NCBI GenBank assembly: GCA_964016885.1
Contig: OZ024740.1
Span: 23,870,001-23,934,000, forward strand
Length of the DNA: 64,000 nt
Source of the DNA: Eledone cirrhosa
Lineage: Eukaryota
Direction of reading: 5' to 3'
Under the pieces are notes generated by a model. That model did no database searches. It was given only the letters and a program-made list of their open reading frames with translations, and had not been told where the DNA came from. Numbering within the stretch: the stretch's first letter is position 1; every line of letters begins with the position of its first letter. Positions 30,221 through 42,071 of the stretch are shown here, in pieces. The translations under genes and the position numbers were made by a program.

Positions 30221-33210
30221 CTACTAGTAGTTACAACAACATGGCTGACATATATAGCTTGTGTAGCTAGAGAAGGCAGCTGAGTCAACCAACAGACCAA
30301 CTGGTAGTTACAACAACATGGCTGATATATATAGCTTGTGTAGCTAGAGAAGGAAGCTGAGTCAGTCAACAGACCAACTGGTAGTTACAACAACATGGCT
30401 GACATATATAGCTTGTGTAGCTAGAGAAGGAAGCTGAGTCAAGCAACAGACCAACTGGTATTTACAACAACATGGCTGACATTTATATCTTGTGTAGTTA
30501 GATAATGAAGCTGAGTCAGCCAACGGACCTACTAGTAGTTACAACAACATGGCTGACATATATAGCTTGTGTAGCTAGAGAAGGCAGCTGAGTCAACCAA
30601 CAGACCAACTGGTAGTTACAACAACATGGCTGACATATATAGCTTGTGTAGCTAGAAAAGGAAGCTGAGTCAACCAACAGACCTACTGGTAGTTACAACA
30701 ACATGGCTGACATATATAGCTTCTGTAGCTAGAGAAGGAAGCTGAGTCAAGCAACAGACCAACTGGTAGTTACATCAACATGGCTGACATATATAGCTTG
30801 TGTAGCTAGAGAAGGAAGCTGATTCAACCAACAGACCAACTGGTAGTTACAACAACATGGCTGACATATATAGCTTGTGTAGCTAGAGAAGGAAGCTGAG
30901 TCAACCAACAGACCAACTGGTAGTTACAACAACATGGCTGACATATATAGCTTCTGTAGCTAGTGAAGGAAGCTGAGTCAACCAACAGACCAACTGGTAG
31001 ATACAACAACATGGCTGACATATATAGCTTGTGTAGCTTGAGAAGGAAGCTGAGTCAACCAACAGACCAACTGGTAGTTGCAACAACATGGCTGACATAT
31101 ATATCTTGTGTAGCTAGTGAAGAAAGCTGATTTAACCAACAGACCTACTGGTAGTTACAACAAAATGGCTGACATATATAGCTTGTGTAGCTAGAGAAGG
31201 AAGCTGACTCAACCAACAGACCAACTGGTATTTACAACAACATGGCTGACATATATAGCTTCTGTAGCTAGAGAAGGAAGCTGAGTCTACCAACAGACCA
31301 ATTGGTAGTTACAACAACATGGCTGACATTTATATCTTGTGTAGCTAGATAAGGAAGCTGAGTCAACCAACAGACCAACTGGTAGTTACAACAACATGGC
31401 TGACATATATATCTTGTGTAGCTAGAGAAAGAAGCTGAGTCAACCAACAGACCAACTGGTAGTTACAACAACATGGCTGACATTTATATCTTGTGTAGCC
31501 AGAGAATGAAGCTGAGTCAGCCAACAGACCAACTAGTAGTTACAACAACATGGCTGACATATATAGCTTGTGTAGCTAGAGAAGGAAGCTGAGTCAACCA
31601 ACAGAACAACTTGTAGTTACAACAACATGACTGACATATATAGCTTGTGTAGCTAGAGAAGGAAGCTGAGTCAGTCAACAGACCAACTGGTAGTTACAAC
31701 AACATGGCTGACATATATAGCTTGTGTAGCTAGAGAAGGAAGCTGAGTCAGTCAACAGACCAACTGGTAGTTACAACAACATGGCTGACATATATAGCTT
31801 GTGTAGCTAGAGAAGGAAGCTGAGTCAACCAACAGACCTACTGGTAGTTACAACAACATGTCTGACATATATACCTTGTGTAGCTAGAGAATGAAGCTGA
31901 GTCAACCAACAGACCAACTGGTAGTTACAACAACATGGCTGACATATATAGTTTATGTAGCTAGAGAAGGAAGTTGAGTCAACCAACAGACCAACTGGTA
32001 GTAACAACAACATGGCTGACATTTATATCTTGAGTAGCTAGAGAATGAAGCTGAGTCAGCCAACAGACCTACTAGTAGTTACAACAACATGGCTGACATA
32101 TATAGCTTATGTAGCTAGAGAAGGAAGCTGAGTCAACCAACAGACCAACTGGTAGTTACAACAACATGGCTGACATATATAGCTTGTGTAGCTAGAGAAG
32201 GAAGCTGAGTCAGTCAACAGTCCAACTGGTAGTTACAACAACATGGCTGACATATATAGCTTGTGTAGCTAGAGAAGGAAGCTGAGTCAACCAACAGACC
32301 AACTGGTAGTTACAACAACATGGCTGACATATATAGCTTGTGTAGCTAGAGAAGGAAACTGAATCAGTCAACAGACGAACTGGTAGTTACAACAACATGG
32401 CTGACATATATAGCTTGTGTAGCTAGAGAAGGAAGCTGAGTCAACCAACAGACCTACTGGTAATTACAACAACATGGCTGACATATATAGCTTGTGTAGC
32501 TAGAGAAGGAAGCTGAGTGAACCAACAGACCAACTGGTAGTTACGACAACATGGCTGATATATATAGCTTGTGTAGCTAGAGAAGGAAGCTGAGTGAACC
32601 AACAGACCAACTGGTAGTTACAACAACATGGCTGACATATATAGCTTGTGTAGCTAGAGAAGGAAGCTGTGTCAACCAACAGACCTACTGGTAGTTACAA
32701 CAACATGGCTGACATATATATCTTGTGTAGCTAGAGAAGGAAGCTGAGTCAGTTAACAGACCAACTGGTAGTTACAACAACATGGCTGACATATATAGCT
32801 TCTGTAGCTAGAGAAGGAAGCTTACTCAGTCAACAGACCAACTGGTAGTTACAACAACATGGCTGACATATATAGCTTGTGTAGCTAGAGAAGGAAGCTG
32901 AGTCAACCAACAGACCAACCGGTAGTTACAACAACATGGCTGACATATATAGCTTGTGTAGCTAGAGAAGGAAGCTGAGTCAACCAACAGACCAACTGGT
33001 AGTTACAATAACATGGCTGACATATATAGCTTGTGTAGCTAGAGAAGGAAGCTGAGTCAGTCAACAGACCAACTGGTAGTTACAACAACATTCATGACAA
33101 ATACAATAGCAACAACTACAACAATAATGGTCTATTTATTAACCACAAATGGTTTACATAAAAAAGAACCTTATGATAGTACAGGACGAAAATATATAAT
33201 ATTAATAATA

Positions 33211-33830
33211 ATAATTGTTTCTACATTTGGCACATGGCCAGCAATTATCGCAGTGCATTAGTGGTACTTTATTTTATCAACCCCGTAAGGATGAAAGGCA
33301 AAGTTAACCTCGGCGGGATTTGAACTCAGAATAGCAAGGGCCGTAACTCTATGCGTCAAAGCATGGCGTCCGACCCTCTACCGATACTGCCAATCCACCA
33401 TATTAATAATAATAATAATAGTTGTTTCTACTTTTGGCACAAGGCCAGCAATTATCCCAGTGTATTACTGGTACTTTATTTATCGACCCCGTAAGGATGA
33501 GAGGCAAAGTTAACCTCGGCAGGATTTGAACTCAGAATGGTAAGGGCCGTAACTCTATGCTGCAAAGCATGGCCTCCGACCTTCTACCGATACTGCTAAT
33601 CCAATAATAATAATAATGATCTCTACTATAGACACAATGTCAGCAATTTGGGGAAAGAGGGGAAAGTCGATTATATGCCCTCTGTGTATTACTGGTATTT
33701 TACTTTTGCGACCCTATAAGGATCAAAGGCAAATCTAACCTCGGCGGGATTCCAACCCATAACATAAAGGGCCGTAACTGTATAACGTAAAGCATATTGT
33801 CCCACTCTTCCGTTGGAGCCCACAACCGCA
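33211..33830 (-). mobile_element. Three tandem copies of a tRNA-derived SINE (family 1, Meta/MESC-domain-like) separated by (AAT)n
   Basis: The minus strand reads A-box-like TGGCAGTATCGG, B-box GAGTTCAAATCC, body TTTGCCTTTCATCCTTACGGGGTCGATAAAATAAAGTACCAG and tail GTGCCAAAAGTAGAAACAATTAT. Copies lie at about 33211-33400, 33419-33603 and 33617-33830 (oldest). Confidence 0.9.
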
Positions 33831-33834
33831 AAAA

Positions 33835-34712
33835 TATCAACAACAACAACAACAATAGCTACAATACCAACAACAAAAACAATAGCTACAGTACCGACAA
33901 CAACAACTACAGTACCAACAACAACAACAACAACTACAGTAACGACAACACAACAATAATAGCTACAGTACCAACAACAACAGCCATAATTGCAGTAGCA
34001 GCAACAACAATATCAACAACATTGAGAGAATGAAGAAGATGAGGGACATCAAGTGGGTTTAAAATGTATGAAAGGCTTGAAAGACAGAAAATATCTGGAC
34101 TTTTGTAGTAACAACAATAATACTGGTTTGGGGGATGAAACAGCAGTTACAACAACATTAACAACAACAACATTATCAAAAACTACAGCATCATTCACAA
34201 CGAAAACACCAATAACAGCAACAACAACAACAATAACTACAACACCAATAACAGCAACAACAACAACTACAACACCAATCACATTATCAATAACAGCAAC
34301 AACGAGCACAACATTAACAATAACAGCAGAAATTGCAACACAATCGAATACACGACAACAACAGCTGCAACAGCAACTATGACAACAACAACAGTAGCAA
34401 CAACAACAGCAACAACAACAACAACAACAGTAACAACAACAGCTACAACAACAGCTATGACAACAACAATATTAACAACAACATTGACAACAAAACAATA
34501 CCAACTGTAGCAACAATAACAATAACAGCATTGTGGAATTCAATAATCACGAGTTTTACAGAAATCAAAGCTTTGCTTCCAATAGAAAATTGGCGGACAA
34601 CGAACCCACCACCACCATCACCACCACTACTACTACTACTACTACTGCTGCTACTACTACTACTACTACTACTACTACTATTACTACTACTACCTACTAC
34701 TACTACTACTAC
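33835..34712. repeat. Degenerate (AAC)n / (ACC)n / (ACT)n trinucleotide simple repeats
   Basis: Read directly from the sequence; these give the poly-N/T/L ORFs. Confidence 0.95.
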
Positions 34713-34744
34713 ATTTCAATAAAATTTTACTGTCTTTGATATAA

Positions 34745-34980
34745 TAGACTGTATCACATTATTTAAGGCGATGCTCCAGCATGGCAGCAGTCTAATGACT
34801 GAAGCGAGTAAAACAATACCAATAATGTAGACTGTATGAACAGTAAGAGCACCATAGCCGGAGAATTAAGGTTCCAGGTTTGATACCACAGCTTGGCACC
34901 TTCGGCATATCTTCGGGTCGACCCACGCTTTCTTAATGAAACTTTGTAGTCGGAAGCTTTTTAAAAAAAAAACAGACGTG
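34745..34980 (+). mobile_element. Decayed SINE fragments (family 2): a 3' tail followed by a degenerate head/CORE-like part
   Basis: GGCGATGCTCCAGCATGGCAGCAGTCTAATGACTGAAGCGAGTAAAA resembles a recalled octopus SINE tail. GGTTCCAGGTTTGATACCACAGCTTGGCACCTTCGGCA resembles a B-box plus CORE start. Confidence 0.5.
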
Positions 34981-35076
34981 ACATTTAGATTGCAAGCCAC
35001 GTCACAGTCTGTGTCAGGTTGAATTTCCCCAATAATTTCTTGAAGAGAACATACGTATAGGGCATACGCTGTATAA

Positions 35077-35310
35077 TGCATCGTGTGGTTAGCGCATTGG
35101 GCTTGCAATCGAAAGGTTGTGAGTTCAATTCTCAGACCGAGTGATGTGTTGTTTGCTTGAGCAAGACACTTTATTTCACTTTGCTCCAGTTTACTCAGCT
35201 GTAGAAATGAGGTGATAGGACTGGGGTCCCTATCATTAAATCACCAAAGACACGTCCAACGAGATATACCTTGGAGGAGGCCAGCTAAACCTACATAGGT
35301 GTGAGCTGTA
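35077..35310 (+). mobile_element. tRNA-derived SINE (family 3) head and body
   Basis: A-box GTGGTTAGCGCATTGG and B-box GAGTTCAATTC, then TTGAGCAAGACACTTTATTTCACTTTGCTCCAGTTTACTCAGCTGTAGAAATGAG. A homologous inverted copy lies at 63290-63527. Confidence 0.85.
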
Positions 35311-35389
35311 ACTACTAACTACAGAAATGCATCGCTACTAAGTACATTAGTGTATCCCCTAGAAACATATACCAGGGAACCAAATTTCC

Positions 35390-35735
35390 ACTGTCACTGG
35401 CTCCGTCTCTCCTGCTCTTCTCCTCTCTCACTATTGTGACCAAATTGGGGGCTAAATGTGGCTACTCCTCTGCCCGGCAGACAGAATGGAGAAGGAATTT
35501 CCCTGGAAATTGCCGAGGGAGTCGCACCGGAAGAGCAGCCATTCCAGCTCGCAAAGCTCAAACCTGCGGGTAGCCAACACTGTACCGATGGTGGTGAGCA
35601 GGGGGGTGGCCCTAGGATGGTGAGGACGTCGCACAGGAAAAACACCCATTCCAGCTCGCGAGTCTCGCACCTGGGGGTAGCGAACTCTGTACTGATGGTG
35701 GTGAGGAGGGTGGCCCTAGGATCATGGACACCAGA
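35390..35735 (+). repeat. Unclassified dispersed repeat 'X' with an internal direct duplication of about 107 bp
   Basis: CCATTCCAGCTCGC...GATGGTGGTGAG...GGTGGCCCTAGGAT occurs twice (about 35539-35620 and 35646-35722). It is homologous to 62948-63185. Confidence 0.7.
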
Positions 35736-36215
35736 ATGCAACGGCCACAGTCAACACTGACACATCTTTGTTATCTTTCTAACACAATCAAACAACCCAA
35801 CTGAGTGGTGTTATATCTCCATCTGACGGCAACAATAGACACTGTGTCGTGCAGACACTTCGCTATATCTTTTCTCCCGATAATACTGAGCTTTCTGCTT
35901 CTTGGATCCGGTTGGTATCCTGCCACATTTATTCAACAAGCACCCTATATTTTTTCTCATCATATATACGATGTTTATCGTGGCTCAAATACCGCACAAG
36001 CCATTATCTTCAGTGGTTAGTCCCTGGAATGTCGGACATGCGGAGCATACTTCTTGTCAATATATTTCCTGCAGCTATTCTAGAGGACATTAAACCAAGT
36101 CGAGCTATTCGAGATTCACCCGACAAAAAAAAAAACAGGAGAAAATACATTAATTTAATGATTATCATAAAAAAAACCATTCTATGCAAGACTCAGCTAT
36201 ATTCAGCATTATCAT

Positions 36216-36218
<3 letters not shown>

Positions 36219-36292
<74 letters not shown>

Positions 36293-36565
36293 ACACCCAC
36301 ACACACACATGTATATATAGAGAGAGATGTAGATGTAGCCACGGGGATCTGTAGCTACCACGACTGTCGTATCCTGCAGGCATGTTTTTGTCTGCAAAAT
36401 GAATAGGAAAACCAAGGAATTTATTTTCTCACAACTTCAGACCAAATATACAAATACACAGATCCACAGACACACACTGACACATACACACTGACACAGA
36501 CACACACTGACACATACATAGATACAGACACACACTGACACATACATAGATACAGACACTTTATC

Positions 36566-36634
<69 letters not shown>

Positions 36635-36674
36635 TTGTGTGTGTGTGCGTATATAAGTATATATATATGTATAC

Positions 36675-36745
<71 letters not shown>

Positions 36746-36858
36746 TATATCTATATATATATATATACGTCAATATATATATGCATATACATATATATGT
36801 ATATATACATATATATATATGCATATAAAAAAATATATATATGCATATATATATTTAC

Positions 36859-36917
<59 letters not shown>

Positions 36918-36948
36918 CATAAATATAAAATTAACACACACATACAGC

Positions 36949-37031
<83 letters not shown>

Positions 37032-37645
37032 TGTGTCTACACACATGATCTGTGCATCTTTAAGTTGTGTATGTATATATGAGAGTGTGTTTGCACATAT
37101 ATATGTATTATATAATGTGTTTATGAATATATTTTGTTTTCAATTCTAAATTCTAAGCAGGCAATTGCAAATGGTGCCAAAGGGAAGTGGCTGTTACCAA
37201 AATCTTGGCAAACATGCGAAATGTGCATTATTCTTCACTAGCTCCAAGCATTTAGCGACATACTCTCGCATATAGACTAGTGGTTATACATATATATACA
37301 CACATTCATACAGTCATGTATACATAAGCATATATATATGCTTATATCATCTGTATATATATATATATATATATATAGGCAAAGAAAAAAAATGCCTTCT
37401 TATACTGTGTATATAATATATCTATGTTGTGTAAATACATTTAAAGACACACAGACAATAAATAAATGTAAAATAGTACACACCCACATATGTATATGTA
37501 TGTGGTGTTTTTACACACACATACGCACACACACATATATATATATATATATCGTTTTCATTGTTATTCCTGATTACCTTTTCATATATATATAATTATA
37601 TGTAAAATTATATATTTACCTATATATATGTACATATGTGTGTGT

Positions 37646-37695
<50 letters not shown>

Positions 37696-37996
37696 GTGTG
37701 AGTGTGTGTGTTTGTGTGTATGCGTGCATTTCTGTGTTGGTGTGCTGGTGTATGTGCGTGTATGTACGCTTATCAGTATATATTTGTATGTGTACAATTG
37801 TATATATATATTTACTCACCTTCGCATTTACGTCGAGTTCTTTGGAGGCAGTAACATCACATTTATAAGCGAGATATATACATTTTAAAAAAAACGCTGG
37901 TAAATATATCATTATACAGCAAGGTATATATGTATGTATATATGAATATATGATAGTATGCATGCATGTATGTATGTATACATGTAGTTATCTATC

Positions 37997-38027
<31 letters not shown>

Positions 38028-38048
38028 TTATGTATGTATGTATGTATG
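36219..38048. repeat. Compound (CA)n/(TA)n/(TG)n/(TATG)n microsatellite field
   Basis: Read directly from the sequence. Confidence 0.95.
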
Positions 38049-38049
38049 T

Positions 38050-41000
38050 TATCTCTTTCCCTTAATTTCGAGTATATTTTTTTGACCGGCCACCTTCCTG
38101 GTGGCAAGGTTGTAAAAGAAAAGAAATTGTCATCCCTTGAATCGCAAGAATGTTTTGCAAATTTTGAAGGTGCCAGCTGTCGCAGCCATTTGTAGATTAT
38201 GAATTAGGGAGCTGCGTTTTTTGTCCGCAAATCCAAGTTCAGTCATACTTTGGTCCAAGCGGGTTGGTATATAACCCGTAGCTCCAATAATGATGGGTAT
38301 GAAGCTAAAGGTGTATCTTGGATACTGGATTTGTAAACTCCTCATCAATAGTCTGTAGATGTCCTCCTCCTGTATTTTTCTGACAACGTTTACATCAAGT
38401 GGGCAGCTGATCTCCACAACAGAACACGTTTTCAATGTGTGGTCCCAAACAACAATATCAGGCGGGTTGTGCTTTAATTTGGTGGCAGTTTTTATTTTCA
38501 GGTTCCACTAGTATTCCTTAGTGCCATCTGTCTCAATATATTCTTCCTCGTTTGTTGTTAATTTTGTTTTCCGAAGTGCGTTCCAGATGGTTCTAGCTAT
38601 CCCATCGTGTCTCATGGGGAGGTAGTAGCGAGATGACATTCTTTCGCAGCTGGCAACAATGTGGCTTACATCCACGATCTTTGTTTTACATAGCCTACAT
38701 TTATTGTCAGCTGCTGGCCCTCCCCTTTTGTGCAGCAGATATTTGGTAGGGAGTTCTTGTTCCTGTATTGCATAGAGATATCCCTCAAGGTGTGATGTCA
38801 TAAACTTGTCGGAACTCCATGCCAGGCTTTTTGAATGATTTATCCCCTTTATGGTCTGTGTTTTACTTCTCAAGTATCCATGCACAACTTTTTCTGTAAA
38901 TTGGTCAATTTTTTCATCTTGTTTGAATATTGAATAGGATCTTCCGATTTCTCTGGGTGAGAGATTTATATCAGGCTTTATTCCATATCTCTCCTGGAGA
39001 TCAGTCGCTATTCTAATGATTTTTTTTTTCATGCTTATAAACCTGGGCAAGATGGTTGCCAACCTTTTTCCTCTGTTGAAGGTGTTGCTTCAGTGTTACT
39101 ATCCGAGTCTCATATGTTGTTAATATGGATTTTAGACCCCGGCCACCTTCCTTGCGTGAGAAGTTTAGCCTATCCACATCACCATTGATGTTAAATTTCC
39201 AGTAACACTGAGAAGTTTGCGAGTTCTAACATCCATCTCACTTAGTTCTTGCAATGACCAGTTCAGCAGGCCAAATGTTGGCCTTAGAATTGGCACAGCA
39301 TAAGTATTGTGGGCAATGTATTTGTTGTACGCTGACAGTTCTCATGACCATATTTTCTTTACTCTTCTGAGGTATTCAGTTCTGGTTCTCTCCTTATTTA
39401 TGGGTCCATCATATCTGACATTCTCATCCTGTCAAGATATCTGTAGTTGTCACCTGACTGTAGAGGTTGTATTGTCAGGTCGTTCATCTCTAGATTTCTA
39501 GAGGAGGGCACAGCTCTTCCACGTTTTACTGCCGAATATCCACACTTGGACTCACCAAATTTCATTTTGATGTAGGTTGAAAATTGTGTAATGACGTCCA
39601 ATTGTTTCTTGATGTCATTGATATTTGGCCCATACAACTTCAGGTCATCAACAAAGAAAAGATGGGAGATACTTCTGGACCCACTTCTTTGTCCACCTTG
39701 TTTCCTGAGTAGATAAGATAGTGGATTTAGTGAGAGAACGAAGAGTAGCACTGACAAGTTATCACCCTGAAAGATGCCCTTCTGGTAATGTATCTTATCA
39801 GTCTTAACTTGCTCCTTCTCACCTCTAAGGATCAAATTGGTGTACCAGTTCTTGGTCAGGCGTTCAACAGCAGCTTCCAATGGTTGTGGGACTTTGGCTA
39901 ACTGTAAAGCCTTAATAATCCACCTATGAGGTACACTATCAAATGCTTTTTGATAGTCCAGCCACACCACAGTCATGTTTCTGCGATTCTTTGTTGTTTT
40001 TTCCTGAATCATTTTATTAGTTAGTAGGTGATCTATGCAACCCACACCTCCCTCTTTCCACCAGCTTGTTCAGGTGTTAAGATGTTGTTGGTAGCACAGT
40101 GATCCTGTAAGAACAGGTTAAGGCACCCAGTATATAATATATGCATGATATTTTGGCAGGCTATTGGGCGGTAATTTTTAGCAAGGGTGGTTTGGCTATT
40201 TTGGGGAATGAGGAGAGTAGTGGCAGTTGATAATCATCTGGGCAGTTCTCGTGTGCCTTTAATGGTTTCTGTAAACAGCCGTATGAGATCTTGCCGATAG
40301 AAAGTGAAATTCTTCAACCAGTATCCTGTAATGAGGTCTGGGCCTTGTGATTTCCTATTCGACATTTTCTGTAGAGCTGTTTCCAGTATTGACCCATCTA
40401 TGTCATATTGTTTTGTCTGGACATGTTGGCAGTAGTCCTGTTCCAGTTCCTTTAGCCAATTAGTTTGTCTGTTGAATCCGTCATCCGTTTCCCATACAGA
40501 TCTCCAGTAGCTCTCAACCTGTTCTTTTGAAGGGGTGTCATTTACAGGGATTGAGCTTTTGCCACCGAAGCTGCGATAAACTGATTTAGGATCTCTGGCA
40601 AACAATGTATTTAGCACTAGTCGTTTATGTGCTGTTGACTTATATTTTAGTCTTTCTGTTGTAGCTGTGAGTTGTTGTTTCAACTGGTGTAATTTGGAGT
40701 TCATAGTTTTAAATTTTGTATCTCCAAATCGTCTCTCTAACTTTTTTTTTAGGTCTTCCTGGTATCGTGTGAAGTTGCTCTCTATGTTGCATTTCATAAC
40801 GACTGCGATGTGTGAGATACTTCGTCTCAGGGACAACATTTTGCTTTTTAAATTTCGCATCCACGCTGGTTCAGGCTTTTTGTTTGTATCTTGATTGCGT
40901 GGTTTTAGATGTGTGTTATATGATAGCAATGTGACAGCTGAAACATATAACAAAATATTAAGCGTTTCAAATATCGTTTCTATACCTTTAGATCGTATAG

Positions 41001-41130
41001 CCTTCAGATAATTGCCAGCTATTTCGTTCACCGCTTCCATTTCCAATTTAGTGGGTTCTTTACTGATTCTGGTGTTGTATGGACTGTCACTCACATTAAG
41101 GCTGTGTATCTCTTGAAACATATCGTCCCA
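38050..41130 (-). mobile_element. 5'-truncated, decayed RLE-type non-LTR retrotransposon (R4/Dong-like): RT, CCHC knuckle and restriction-like endonuclease
   Basis: RT motifs SQGPDLI, NYRPIAC, WLDYQKAFDSVPH, GIFQGDNLS, HLFFVDDLKLYG and GGRGL. Knuckle CRLC..SHIVASC, then RHD, PPDIVVWD, VVEISCP and PIIIGATG. In-frame stops at 40234 and 38508, plus frameshifts. Confidence 0.93.
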
Positions 41131-41204
41131 AGTATGTATCTATTTATATATGTATGTATCTATATATTTATATATGTATGTATGAATGTATGTATCTATT
41201 TATA

Positions 41205-41390
41205 TATGTCGTTACATGGTACCATGGGCCCAGCACTATGTATCAATAATTGTCACAAGTGTAGTGTTTGTACCAGAGTTTTCAAGTCGCTGGCTGGACT
41301 AAAAAGTCACACTCGTTCAGCGCATCGGTAGGGTTTCTCTTACATGGATATAAAGTAGAGGCCGTACTCGAAAACGAGTTGGCAGCCACC
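41205..41390 (+). mobile_element. RTE-like LINE 3' end fragment
   Basis: Encodes a C2H2-like CSVCTRVFKSLAGLKSHTRSAHR*. The 3' end is GCCGTACTCGAAAACGAGTTGGCAGCCACC, followed by (ATGT)n. Confidence 0.75.
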
Positions 41391-41451
41391 ATGTATGTAT
41401 ATATAAATATATGTGGGTATGTATGTATGTATGTATGTATGTATGTATATA

Positions 41452-41860
41452 TCCGGGAGAGATGACCCCTTAGCCTTTGTCAAGGCAGAATTCTAGAAGA
41501 AGGATAACTCTGATATAACACCTGCAACACTGATGGTGTCCAATGATGTTGACTTGTTCTTTTTGGTAAATATCATCTTGGTTAAGAGAGTGGGACTGGC
41601 TTTGTGCAGTGCCTTTTCTCACTATAAAAGCTTCACAGCACAGGCATTGATTTATATCTGGAGATCTCTCTGCACTTCTCGTTACATGGTACCATGGGCC
41701 CAGCACTATGTGTCAATAATTGTCACAAGTGTAGTGTTTGTACCAGAGATTTCAAGTCGCTGGCTGGACTAAAAAGTCACACTCGTTCAGCGCATCGGTA
41801 GGGGTTCTCCTACATGGATATAAAGTAGTGGCCGTACTCGAAAACGAGTTGGCAGCCACC
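41452..41860 (+). mobile_element. Second, longer copy of the same RTE-like 3' fragment
   Basis: Near-identical to 41205-41390 over its 3' half, and to the reverse complement of 45229-45640. Confidence 0.8.
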
Positions 41861-42023
41861 ATGTATATATGTATGTATGAATGTATGTATCTATTTATAT
41901 ATGTATGTATGTATGAATGTATGTATCTATATATGTATGAATGTATGTATGTTTGTATAGTTATATAGATAAATAGATAGATAGATAAATAGATAGGTAG
42001 ATATAATGATAGATATGTTTCTT

Positions 42024-42071
<48 letters not shown>

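Larger units (their letters stand above)
1..33091. repeat. Tandem satellite DNA array, 77-bp monomer, about 430 copies; begins before the window
   Basis: Consensus ACAGACCAACTGGTAGTTACAACAACATGGCTGACATATATAGCTTGTGTAGCTAGAGAAGGAAGCTGAGTCAACCA repeats head-to-tail with no visible insertion. It ends abruptly at ...GTTACAACAACAT (33091). Confidence 0.99.

Noticed and set aside
1305-32022. Repeated 61-116 aa Cys-rich ORFs (MSAMLL...CQPCCC) as a peptide gene family
   Set aside because: These are read-throughs of a 77-bp unit cycling through three frames. They appear only where a point variant removes a stop.
1-33091. CRISPR array or tRNA gene array interpretation of the 77-bp repeat
   Set aside because: There are no unique spacers because the whole unit repeats. 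There are no cas genes, no A/B boxes and no cloverleaf, and the context is eukaryotic.
1-33091. Hammerhead ribozyme in the satellite monomer, as in newt or schistosome satellites
   Set aside because: No CUGANGA plus GAAA arrangement on either strand of the consensus.
33797-34739. Mucin-like Thr-rich and poly-Asn ORFs
   Set aside because: Translations of (AAC)n/(ACT)n repeats that are open in several frames; no independent coding evidence.
35213-35235. tetO-like TGATAGG...TCCCTATCA
   Set aside because: Part of a SINE body; half-site order and spacing are wrong, so the match is coincidental.
35760-36100. Possible decayed piggyBac transposase on the minus strand (SIVAVRWRYNHSV)
   Set aside because: Only a short resemblance amid multiple stops; cannot be supported without a profile search.
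37250-37282. Helitron 3' end (GCGA..TCGC then CTAGT)
   Set aside because: Only a 4-bp stem and no other Helitron evidence.
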